DNA of 38,116 nucleotides from a virus. This document shows positions 16,077 through 23,813 of this stretch, in pieces. The position numbers and the translations under genes are program-made. The DNA is taken from positions 1 through 38,116 of IMG/VR virus record IMGVR_UViG_3300014960_000001. One strand, 5' to 3'. The number at the start of each line of letters is the position of its first letter. The first letter of the stretch is position 1. The notes under the pieces were generated by a model. It made no database searches and was not told where the DNA came from. It saw nothing but the letters and a program-made list of their open reading frames with translations.

Positions 16077-18161
16077 CGCATCGATGCTCAATTCATAGGT
16101 CAGCGTGACGATTCCGGTGCTTGAAACGTTCACAAGATTCTTTGCAATTAGCGCGTCTCTGGTGTCGTAAAAACGGCGTCGGTCTGAAATCCCATGCTCT
16201 TTGCAGGCGTCCTTCCAGTCTTCTACTGTGATGACAGAATCTTCCATGCCATCTTTTGCGCGCCGATAGAAAATCGCTTCAAGAGCCAGGATCGCCTTCC
16301 TTTGATTCTGTTTTAGGCTGGCTAAAACATCCTTTGCCTGATCAACAATCCCGCTGATATCCACCGTCTCCAGCGCGGCGCCGAGAATTTCCTTGCCATC
16401 CTTTCCATGGATCCCGAGGCCGACTTGCTTGATATTGAAACGGCGCTCCAAAGGAATCTCGCCGTCCTTCATCTTCTTGTTGGTGAGGGTGATCATCTTC
16501 GTGCTGTCGTCCATATCGACCATGTATTCCTGATCGAGAGCGCCACGCAGGACGGTGCTGCCTCGGGCTTGTCCAGGGCTGGCCTTGCCGCTGTGATGGA
16601 CCAATAAAACGTGTGCCTTATAAGGCGACCGCAGCAGCGCGTCCAGGTGCTCGACAAAGCGCGCCATATCCGGCGTGCTGTTCTCGTCGCCGCCCATATT
16701 CCTGGCGACCGTATCAACGACGATCAGCGACGGCTGCTGGCCGGTTGATTCCACAATGTCGCGCACTGAATCGGCGACTTCATGGGCGGATGCAATGTCG
16801 AACAGCTGGCAGCTCCGCTGGCTCTTGTAGAAATTGACGCCGGCAAGGTCGGTGTTGTTGTGAATAGCCCAGGCACGCGCGCGCCGAGCGAAGCCGGAAT
16901 GACCCTCGCCGGCAATGTAGATAACGGCGCCCTGCTTCGTCTTGCAACCGTGCCAATCCTTGCCGGTGGCCACGCACAGAGCCATGTCGATCGCCACAAA
17001 CGATTTGCCTTTGCCAGGCTCACCGAAGGCCAAGCCAAGAGCGTCGGCCTCAAGGTAGCCTTCGACAATCCAGTCGATTTCCTTGATCTCTACCGAATCA
17101 ATTCGGATCAGCTCGAACTGGCGCTTGATGGTGGCAACCTCGATGCCAAGGCGCTTGCGTACCTCTTCGATTCCCAATGCCACATGGATGTCGTTCCAGT
17201 CGGTCGGCTTGCCGCTGATGCCTTCGGTATTGGGAACGATGACCTGGCCGCCGACCAATGCCGCGGCATCAGTGGCGTGCTTAACGCCTGGATTTGATCC
17301 ATCGGCATGCCACTGGTCATTGTCGGCCGCCAGAATGACGCGGCTGGTCGGATTGTGCTTGCGAGCGTATTCGGCCGTGCGTTTCAGGTTGCCCGTATCG
17401 AACGCCACATAGACATGGCTTCCTGTGGCTTCGGCCAACGTGGCTCCGGTCGCCCACCCTTCGCAGACATAAACAACCGCGCTGCTGCCGGGTATCTCAT
17501 AAATCCCCTTTGGCAATTGATACCAGTTTTTTTTCTCGCCATCGGGATAAATGCGCTGGATGCTGCACAGTTCGCCGGTTTCATCGTGCATCGGTATCAG
17601 CAGCTCGCCGTCGCCGTTGATCTTGATTCCTGGCGTCATCCGGACGGCCTTGCGCGTCACATAGGGATGGTCTGCCGGTGCTTCGGATGATCGGGCCAGA
17701 ACATCTAACGCCACCTGGATAGCGCTCTCGGCATTGCGCTTGCGCTCTTCCTCGCGCTGCTTCTTGGCATCTTCCATCCGCTTCCTGTTTTCCATCTGCT
17801 CAGAAAGCGAGAGCGTGGAGACAGAGCGCGCGCACCAGCTGGTGGCGATGCCAGTCTCGTAATCGCCGAACGATCCGGCAGGGATTCCATCCGGATAGAA
17901 CACATACCAGCCGTTTTTCTTCTTCGGCTTGCTGACGGTGGCGCACCGGACGATGCGTCCGGTGGCCTCGATGCCGTGCTTGATGACGAGGCCGGCAGCG
18001 GTAGCCGCGCGCTCGAAATCCATGGCGGCATTGAAGGTGCTGACTTCGGCTGGCGACATGGCAACCGAAGATGCCAGGAATCCGCCATTGAAGAATTGGG
18101 TGAGGTCGGTGGTGGACATCATCCGGCCGCCTGACTTGGGAACATGATTTCGCCCTTTCAT
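16023..18161 (-). CDS. Bifunctional primase-helicase (Toprim domain plus RecA-fold/AAA_25 helicase domain)
   Basis: Toprim-like motifs VCEGWATG ... AADND. Walker A motif GEPGKGKS with a DnaB/RepA-like C-terminal half. 712 aa; the start could instead be the MMST methionines. Confidence 0.75.
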   Translation of the reverse strand: MKGRNHVPKSGGRMMSTTDLTQFFNGGFLASSVAMSPAEVSTFNAAMDFERAATAAGLVIKHGIEATGRIVRCATVSKPKKKNGWYVFYPDGIPAGSFGDYETGIATSWCARSVSTLSLSEQMENRKRMEDAKKQREEERKRNAESAIQVALDVLARSSEAPADHPYVTRKAVRMTPGIKINGDGELLIPMHDETGELCSIQRIYPDGEKKNWYQLPKGIYEIPGSSAVVYVCEGWATGATLAEATGSHVYVAFDTGNLKRTAEYARKHNPTSRVILAADNDQWHADGSNPGVKHATDAAALVGGQVIVPNTEGISGKPTDWNDIHVALGIEEVRKRLGIEVATIKRQFELIRIDSVEIKEIDWIVEGYLEADALGLAFGEPGKGKSFVAIDMALCVATGKDWHGCKTKQGAVIYIAGEGHSGFARRARAWAIHNNTDLAGVNFYKSQRSCQLFDIASAHEVADSVRDIVESTGQQPSLIVVDTVARNMGGDENSTPDMARFVEHLDALLRSPYKAHVLLVHHSGKASPGQARGSTVLRGALDQEYMVDMDDSTKMITLTNKKMKDGEIPLERRFNIKQVGLGIHGKDGKEILGAALETVDISGIVDQAKDVLASLKQNQRKAILALEAIFYRRAKDGMEDSVITVEDWKDACKEHGISDRRRFYDTRDALIAKNLVNVSSTGIVTLTYELSIDACPETSDSDENGQGGQHG

Positions 18162-18249
18162 CCCCGATCTTTGTTATTGGGAGTCGCGGAGCAGCGGGGA
18201 AAGGGGAAACCCGCGTTGAAGGAGCTACCTCGCCCCGCGACTTAAACGG

Positions 18250-18456
18250 TTATCGCCGGTCAGCCTCCGAAATGGTCGGATTGATACCGGCAACACGGCA
18301 GATCATCATGGCTTCATGAGCCTTGTCTTTAGACCAGGCAGCCAGGAGAGATCGGATGACTTCGGAACGCGACTTGCCAGTGGCCGAGCAGTACCCATCG
18401 AGGACAGCCACGTCGTCTTTCGGAACCTCCAGGCGCAGCTCGGTGGAATCGGGCAT
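18250..18456 (-). CDS. Ribbon-helix-helix (CopG/Arc-like) DNA-binding protein
   Basis: Contains LRLEVPKDDVAVLDGYCSATGKSRSEVIRSLL, the typical RHH beta-strand plus two-helix pattern. It follows cro directly. Confidence 0.55.
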   Translation of the reverse strand: MPDSTELRLEVPKDDVAVLDGYCSATGKSRSEVIRSLLAAWSKDKAHEAMMICRVAGINPTISEADRR

Positions 18457-18457
18457 A

Positions 18458-18643
18458 TCAGGCGTCTGTTTTGTATTTCGGCTTGTATGTCACAAGCGCG
18501 GGGAACACGACAGACAAGAACTGACGTCTGGCATCTGGAATTCCGTCCGTGCGCCACTGAGAGACAGCTTGCGGCTGAACGTCGCAAACCTTAGCAACTT
18601 CATACGTCCCGCCGAGAGCATCAATCAACTCGGAATCCGACAT
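18458..18643 (-). CDS. cro: Cro-like HTH repressor (61 aa from the ATG at 18643)
   Basis: A small HTH protein (YEVAKVCDVQPQAVSQW) divergent from cI. The track start at 18649 is a TTG. Confidence 0.65.
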   Translation of the reverse strand: MSDSELIDALGGTYEVAKVCDVQPQAVSQWRTDGIPDARRQFLSVVFPALVTYKPKYKTDA

Positions 18644-18657
18644 GAGCAAAGCCCCGC

Positions 18658-18714
18658 AAGTTAAGTGCGCTTATCTTACTGCGTCAAGCGCAAGTAATCA
18701 AGTCGGCTTTACTA
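18658..18714. promoter_or_regulatory. OR-like region with two 20-bp 8-4-8 palindromic operators and divergent promoters
   Basis: AAGTTAAG-TGCG-CTTATCTT lies at 18658-18677 and TAATCAAG-TCGG-CTTTACTA at 18695-18714. The minus-strand promoter TTGACG-N17-TTAACT spans 18687-18659. The plus-strand -10 TACTAT lies at 18710-18715. Confidence 0.5.
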
Positions 18715-18722
18715 TTGGACAC

Positions 18723-19430
18723 ATGGAATATCTAAAAGACAGGCTCAAGTTGGCAATGAGCGAAAAGGACGTAAGTGCGGCCGAGCTGAGTCGCGCTTGC
18801 GGCGTATCAAAAACCGCTGTGTCCTATTGGCTTAGTGGAGAAGTGACAGAGCTTAAAGGCCCGAATCTGATGAAGATATCGGCTTATCTTGATATTCGGC
18901 CTGAATGGCTGGAATCAGGATCAGGAACCATGAAGCATCCGATATCTGCCAGAGTTCGTGCCACGGAATCTGCCGACAAGGCAAATGCTCTGATAACGCT
19001 AGACGATCACCCCGACCTGGTATCTATTCGCCGCGTCAGGTTCAAGCTGCAGGCCGGTGTTCAGGGATATGCCATCGAGGTCGATAACGGTAACGCGCCA
19101 CCTGTATTTTTTCGCAAGGATTGGCTCGAATCTCGAGGTTATCGGTCCGAATCACTGATGGCGGTAAAGGTAGCCGGCGCCAGCATGGAGCCTGGTCTAT
19201 TCGATGGCGATCTGGTGGTCGTCAATACGGCTGACACTACGCCGGCCGATGGCGAGCCGTTTGCCGTGAATTACGAAGGCGAAATGGGCGTAAAACGGCT
19301 CAAGCGTGACGCAGGTGAATGGTGGCTGGCGTCTGATAACCAGGATAAAAGGCGCTATCCGGATAAGCGGTGCAATGGCGATGTGCAGTTGATCGGCCGC
19401 GTGATCTACAAGCAAAGTGAACGGGTATAA
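18723..19430 (+). CDS. cI: cI-type repressor (HTH plus S24 LexA-like autopeptidase), 235 aa from the ATG at 18723
   Basis: HTH motif AAELSRACGVSKTAVSYWLSG, with GASMEP (Ser) and VKRLK (Lys) S24 motifs. The longer track ORF would overlap the cro start. Confidence 0.85.
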   Translation: MEYLKDRLKLAMSEKDVSAAELSRACGVSKTAVSYWLSGEVTELKGPNLMKISAYLDIRPEWLESGSGTMKHPISARVRATESADKANALITLDDHPDLVSIRRVRFKLQAGVQGYAIEVDNGNAPPVFFRKDWLESRGYRSESLMAVKVAGASMEPGLFDGDLVVVNTADTTPADGEPFAVNYEGEMGVKRLKRDAGEWWLASDNQDKRRYPDKRCNGDVQLIGRVIYKQSERV

Positions 19431-19433
19431 CAA

Positions 19434-19760
19434 ATGACTCTTAATCGATGGCAGAGAATTGGTGTAATTATTTCTGTCATTTGGGCTGTTGGAGCAGGAA
19501 TCAGTCAAAGAACGTCAGATATTGATTCTGCAAATGAGTTTTCTAGGCTTTCTTTCAGTATATGCGCAAAATCAAAAGACCTTCAAAATGATCAGGATTT
19601 AGGCCCATGCTTCAAGGAAATGTCAAAGAATTTTGACATTTGGATCGATGGTAAATGGGTAAATGTTATTTACGCATCAATCATACCAATTCCTATAGGA
19701 TGGATTGCTGTTTTGGGCTTGGTTAAGCTATTTCGCTGGGTAAAGGCAGGTGAACGATGA
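19434..19760 (+). CDS. AT-rich two-TM membrane protein (108 aa), first gene of the cI-linked cassette
   Basis: It starts 4 nt after the cI stop. Hydrophobic segments are IGVIISVIWAVGAGI and IIPIPIGWIAVLGLV. The gene is strongly AT-rich. Confidence 0.65.
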   Translation: MTLNRWQRIGVIISVIWAVGAGISQRTSDIDSANEFSRLSFSICAKSKDLQNDQDLGPCFKEMSKNFDIWIDGKWVNVIYASIIPIPIGWIAVLGLVKLFRWVKAGER

Positions 19761-19978
19761 TCAATATTCAGCGGATTTGCCCGGACGGCCACGGTGAAAT
19801 GGTGCGCGAAGAAGGATATTTCGCACTTTCAGGGCTGGATCGAATTGCTGGCGGCCTGATTTCTTTCACCGACCCTGCGACATTTCGCATTAACGGAAAA
19901 GGAATTGTTGTAAAGGTCTGGTCATGCAAAACCTGTGGGCTAATTCGCATTTACGCGGACGATTCTGCTGATGTCTAA
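19757..19978 (+). CDS. Small Cys/His zinc-ribbon-like protein (73 aa)
   Basis: ATGA overlap with the upstream gene. It contains CPDGH...CKTCG. Confidence 0.55.
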   Translation: MINIQRICPDGHGEMVREEGYFALSGLDRIAGGLISFTDPATFRINGKGIVVKVWSCKTCGLIRIYADDSADV

Positions 19979-20222
19979 TATCCACTACTTGCAGGGCGCT
20001 GGCGGTTCAGGCAACAATACAAGCAACCAGCCACCTGGACCGACTGATATGGAACTTGCTGAACGAGTTGCTAGGATTGAAACCCGCTTGGAATCTTTCG
20101 CCACGAAAGAGGACTTGCATCGGGAACTCAATTCGCAGACGTGGAAGTTAGTCACGTTCGTCACCGGCTTCGGGACGATTCTTACTGCTGCCGTTTACTT
20201 CATAGCCAAGCACATTGGCTAG
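19971..20222 (+). CDS. Tail-anchored membrane protein with a coiled-coil segment (83 aa)
   Basis: It overlaps the upstream gene by 8 nt. The C-terminal TM segment is LVTFVTGFGTILTAAVYFIA. Confidence 0.6.
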   Translation: MSNIHYLQGAGGSGNNTSNQPPGPTDMELAERVARIETRLESFATKEDLHRELNSQTWKLVTFVTGFGTILTAAVYFIAKHIG

Positions 20223-20243
20223 TTAATCCCTAGCTTCACCATC

Positions 20244-20273
20244 AGCCGCCTCTCAGGGGCGGCTTTATTTTTC
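20244..20273 (+). terminator. Rho-independent terminator ending the cI operon
   Basis: AGCCGCC-tctcagg-GGCGGCT followed by TTTATTTTT. Confidence 0.8.
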
Positions 20274-20278
20274 TCAGG

Positions 20279-20353
20279 AAGTTAAACGGGCTTGACTTCT
20301 TCTGTGCAGATGGTAAAGTGTGCTTACCGTTTCAAGGAAAGTGCGCTTGGCGG
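20279..20353 (+). promoter_or_regulatory. PL-like promoter (TTGACT-N16-TAAAGT) with three cI-type 8-4-8 operators
   Basis: The -35 lies at 20292-20297 and the -10 at 20314-20319. Operators are AAGTTAAA-CGGG-CTTGACTT (20279-20298), TGGTAAAG-TGTG-CTTACCGT (20311-20330) and AAGGAAAG-TGCG-CTTGGCGG (20334-20353). They share the architecture of the OR sites. Confidence 0.55.
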
Positions 20354-20614
20354 TAGGCAAACCGGACGAGTGCCGGGAGTCTCGGAAGGCAAGACAGGAC
20401 CAGCGCCGCTGCAACCCTAAGCCAAACCGATCAAGACACAGCCGACAGCTGTACCGCACCACAGATTTTCGCAGCGCCGCCAGCGTCCCGTAACGACACC
20501 GCTAGTCGGGGGAAGAAAAGCATGGCTACCGTAGGACGGCGCTGCAACCCGACCCTGCATCACGGTGATCCAGGGGCCAGCGCCAGGCAGATGGCGTCGA
20601 AGGGAGGAAGAGAC

Positions 20615-20920
20615 ATGGCAACCGCAACGCTAAACCCGCTTTTTGACGAAATCCTCAGCCGCTTCACTGACGGAATCCCGCGCAACACATGTGCCGGCCC
20701 GATTGACCTTGAGATGAATTACAAGATCGATCTCGGCGAAGCCGGTGAGCACACCTTCTGCGTGTTCTACACGACCGGCACCAACGGCCACCGCTGGCGT
20801 GCCACCGCCATCTACTTCAAGGATCAGGCGATCCCCGCTTGGCTCCAGAACGAACTGCTCGACCAGCTGACCTACGACGCGCACTTCCAATCGGCTTGTG
20901 ATGCCGGCTATCAGGACTGA
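20615..20920 (+). CDS. First early-left gene, unknown function (101 aa; could start at 20522)
   Basis: A strong AGGGAGGA RBS lies before the ATG at 20615. The upstream in-frame ATG at 20522 would add an Arg-rich 31-aa extension. Confidence 0.6.
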   Translation: MATATLNPLFDEILSRFTDGIPRNTCAGPIDLEMNYKIDLGEAGEHTFCVFYTTGTNGHRWRATAIYFKDQAIPAWLQNELLDQLTYDAHFQSACDAGYQD

Positions 20921-20993
20921 TGCCATGGACGCCGACACCATCGTAGTTTGGGCTTGCCTTCTGGCCACCGCCATCGTCTGGAACATCTGAGCC

Positions 20994-21137
20994 ATGAGCA
21001 GAGCCTACTTTTCCCTCGACGGCACCACCTTGCGCCTGCATGTGAATGGCCAGGTGCTTCGCCTGATGCCGTCTGAGATTGCACCACTCGCCAATTGCCT
21101 AGCAATGGCCATTAACGCACTCCGGAGGATTTCATGA
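20994..21137 (+). CDS. Small protein (47 aa), unknown function
   Basis: Translated by hand: MSRAYFSLDGTTLRLHVNGQVLRLMPSEIAPLANCLAMAINALRRIS. Its stop overlaps the next ATG as ATGA. Confidence 0.35.
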   Translation: MSRAYFSLDGTTLRLHVNGQVLRLMPSEIAPLANCLAMAINALRRIS

Positions 21138-21532
21138 ACTTAGCTGATGTATCACTGGCAACCCTGGCGGCGCAGTACGTCGTCGCCAAGGCTCACGAAG
21201 AACAGGCGATTGCCGAGCGCCGCCGCATCGGTCAGATGCTGGTGGATGCGATGCCCGGCGCTGCCGAAGGCTCGGTGTCCGAGTCGATGGACGGCATCAA
21301 GGTGACCGTCACCCGCAAGCTCACCCGCACCGTCGACACCAAGGCGCTGCAGGCCGCCTGGGACGCGCTGCCCGCCAATGTCCAGGAAACGTTCCGCTGG
21401 TCGGCCGACGTCAACACCAAACACTTGCGCGCCCTGCAGGAACTGAATGCGCCTGAGCTGGCTGCCGCAAACCAATTCATCACCAGTAAGCCCGCCGCGG
21501 CTTCCGTCACCGTAGCTTCGGAGATCATGTAA
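21134..21532 (+). CDS. Recombination-module protein (132 aa), unknown function
   Basis: ORF-track entry, translationally linked to the Sak4-like ATPase gene. Confidence 0.55.
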   Translation: MNLADVSLATLAAQYVVAKAHEEQAIAERRRIGQMLVDAMPGAAEGSVSESMDGIKVTVTRKLTRTVDTKALQAAWDALPANVQETFRWSADVNTKHLRALQELNAPELAAANQFITSKPAAASVTVASEIM

Positions 21533-22242
21533 TGGCCATCAAACTCACTACCACCGCCGACGCGGCGCGTGACAACGGCGTCAAGGCAATCGTCTACGCA
21601 GTCGCTGGCGCCGGCAAGACAACCCTCGCCGCCACCTTCGGAGAAATTCCCGTCATCGTCATCAGCGCCGAAGCCGGCCTGCTATCCCTGCGCGACCATG
21701 ACATTCCGGTGATTGAAATCACTTCTGTTAAGGACATCGAGGAAGCCTACTCGTTCCTCACCGAAACCGACGAAGGCAAGGCATTCAAGGCCATCGTCAT
21801 CGACAGCATTTCCGAGCTGGCCGAAACGCTGCTGGCATCCGAGAAGGCAATCAACAAGGACGGCCGCGCCGCCTACGGCGAACTGAACACCAAGATGATG
21901 GAGCTGCTGCGCGCCTTCCGCGATTTGCAGGGCCGCCATGTTCTGTTCATCAGCAAGCTGGAGAAGGTGAAGGACGAAATGAGCGGGTCGGTGCTCTACG
22001 GCCCCTCGATGCCCGGCGCGCGCTTGGGCCAGTCGCTGCCGTACCTGACCGACTTGGTTTTCGCCATCCGTCTCGATAAGGACAGCGACGGCAACACGAT
22101 CCGCTATCTGCAGTGCCAGCCGGATTTTTCCTGGCAAGCGAAGGATCGCTCCGGAAAGCTGCCGCAGTTTTTCCCGCCCGATATGCGCAAGGTCATCGCC
22201 GTCGTTACCGGCGAAGCAACCGCAGATGAAGTTCTGGCCTAG
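21532..22242 (+). CDS. Sak4-like RecA-fold ATPase (AAA_24 type)
   Basis: Walker A motif AVAGAGKTT and Walker B motif VIDSIS. Its size (236 aa) and pairing with a DUF669-like gene fit this type. Confidence 0.7.
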   Translation: MAIKLTTTADAARDNGVKAIVYAVAGAGKTTLAATFGEIPVIVISAEAGLLSLRDHDIPVIEITSVKDIEEAYSFLTETDEGKAFKAIVIDSISELAETLLASEKAINKDGRAAYGELNTKMMELLRAFRDLQGRHVLFISKLEKVKDEMSGSVLYGPSMPGARLGQSLPYLTDLVFAIRLDKDSDGNTIRYLQCQPDFSWQAKDRSGKLPQFFPPDMRKVIAVVTGEATADEVLA

Positions 22243-22293
22243 TGGGTGCGCCAGCCTAAAGCACCCGCCATTCAACGCAAGGAGCAATAAATC

Positions 22294-22761
22294 ATGGCTT
22301 CACTTAATTTTGACGCTAGCAAAGTCGCACCGCAGGAAGGTTTCACCGTCATTCCCGCTGGCACCTACATCGCACAGATCGAGGAATCCGAGATCAAAGC
22401 GACCAAGTCCGGCACCGGCCAGATGCTGAAGCTGCGCTGGAAGATTCTTGACGGCCAGCACAAGAACCGCGTCGTGTTCGGAAATCTGAACATCGTCAAC
22501 CAGAATCCCGAAGCAGAGCGCATCGGCCAGTCGCAGCTCTCAGCCCTTTGCCACGCGGTCGGCGTCCTGCAGCTCAAGGACACCTCGCAGCTCCATAACC
22601 GGCCGTGCAAGATCAAGGTCAAGGTGCGCGTCGATGAGTCGGGCAAGTACGGCGACCAGAACGAGGTCAGCGGCTTCGAGGCGGCGCCTGGCGTTGCGGC
22701 TGCTCCGACGGCTGCCGCACCGGCTGCCGGTTCCGCTCCTTGGGCCAAGAAGGCTGCGTGA
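22294..22761 (+). CDS. DUF669-like single-strand DNA-binding protein partner of Sak4
   Basis: Contains the PAGTYIAQI...KATKSGTGQMLKLRWKILDG pattern typical of DUF669. The RBS is AAGGAG. Confidence 0.6.
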   Translation: MASLNFDASKVAPQEGFTVIPAGTYIAQIEESEIKATKSGTGQMLKLRWKILDGQHKNRVVFGNLNIVNQNPEAERIGQSQLSALCHAVGVLQLKDTSQLHNRPCKIKVKVRVDESGKYGDQNEVSGFEAAPGVAAAPTAAAPAAGSAPWAKKAA

Positions 22762-23813
22762 TGGCTGCAGTGCCAACCCCGCTGCATACCGTGGCTGCTT
22801 CCGTCTACGACTGGTGGAAGCAGCGCGGTGACTCCGAAGCGGAGCGTCCTTATTTGGGCGCCTCCGTTATCGGAGGCCCATGCGAACGCGCGCTCTGGTA
22901 CGGATTCCGCTGGGCCGAAGTCCGCAAGTTCGACGGCCGCCTGTATCGCCTGTTTGAGCGCGGCCGGAATGAAGAAGCGGTGGTCGTGGAAGAACTGCGC
23001 GGCACCGGCTGCGAAGTATCCGACACCGATCCGCATGGCAATCAATGGGGCTTCGTAGCCCTTGGCGGCCACTTCCGCGGCCATATGGATGGCGCAGTGC
23101 GCGGCACGCCGTATGGCCCGAAATCATGGGCGGTGCTGGAGATAAAGACGCATTCGGCCAAGTCGTTCAAGACGCTGACCGACAAGGGCGTGCAAGTAAG
23201 TCACCCCACGCACTTCGCACAGATGCAGATTTACATGGGCCAGTTCGGCATCGACCGCGGCCTGTATTACGCCGTCTGCAAGGACAACGATGCCATCCAT
23301 ACCGAGTGGCTGCACTTCGATCAGGACGCCTACGACAAACTGATGGCGCGGGCCTCGCGCATCATTGGCGCACAAGAACCGCCCGACCGCATCAGCCAGG
23401 ATTCGAGCTGGTTCGAGTGCAAGTGGTGCGACTACCAGGAAATATGCCATGGCACGGCCGCACCGCGGGCAACGTGCAGAACGTGCGCGCATGCGACGCC
23501 AGAACTCGACGGCACGACAGGGCTTTGGAGCTGCGCCAAAGATAATCGGTACTCCGGAACAGAAGCGCAAATGATCGGATGCAATGAGCATCGCTATATC
23601 CCTATCTTGCTTGAGCGCTTTGCCGACTACCAGGGAACGCCTGATGGTGCGAACCCTTGCTACAAAAACAAGCTGACGGGAAACACCTTCGTCAATGGGG
23701 CAGCCCCAGGCTACGCATCGACCGAAATAAGGGCAGCCGCAGACAAGCGCGCACTGGGAGATCCAGGCGTCGATGAGCTGCGTTCTACGTTCGACGCGAA
23801 GGTGGCGGCGTGA
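22761..23813 (+). CDS. PD-(D/E)XK exonuclease, Cas4/RecB-like with a Cys cluster (350 aa from the ATG at 22761)
   Basis: Contains GHMDG...LEIKT (D..ExK) and CKWCDYQEIC, plus the N-terminal Cys in GGPCERALW. The track start at 22740 is a TTG inside the previous gene. Confidence 0.7.
   Translation: MAAVPTPLHTVAASVYDWWKQRGDSEAERPYLGASVIGGPCERALWYGFRWAEVRKFDGRLYRLFERGRNEEAVVVEELRGTGCEVSDTDPHGNQWGFVALGGHFRGHMDGAVRGTPYGPKSWAVLEIKTHSAKSFKTLTDKGVQVSHPTHFAQMQIYMGQFGIDRGLYYAVCKDNDAIHTEWLHFDQDAYDKLMARASRIIGAQEPPDRISQDSSWFECKWCDYQEICHGTAAPRATCRTCAHATPELDGTTGLWSCAKDNRYSGTEAQMIGCNEHRYIPILLERFADYQGTPDGANPCYKNKLTGNTFVNGAAPGYASTEIRAAADKRALGDPGVDELRSTFDAKVAA

Noticed and set aside
15523-16077. The long forms of the VRR-NUC ORF (184 aa) and of the Q-like ORF (15024..15539, 171 aa)
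   Set aside because: The extensions run through the iteron array or the upstream gene and are Arg/Pro/His-rich. Internal ATGs at 15894 and 15401 have RBS-like sequences and begin the recognisable domains.
18162-18249. A GC-rich stem structure between the RHH gene and the primase-helicase gene, as a possible terminator
   Set aside because: Pairings exist (AGTCGCGG/CCGCGACT and GCGGG/CCCGC), but no U-tract follows on the transcribed strand. The evidence is too weak to call a terminator or attenuator.
18642-18722. The upstream start of cI at 18642, overlapping the cro start
   Set aside because: It would place the divergent start codons of cro and cI on top of each other and bury the operator/promoter region in coding sequence. 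The ATG at 18723 begins the HTH domain.
20274-20462. A 62-aa minus-strand ORF in the PL leader
   Set aside because: It is antisense to the predicted PL transcript, Arg/Ser/Leu-rich with no RBS, and overlaps the promoter/operators.
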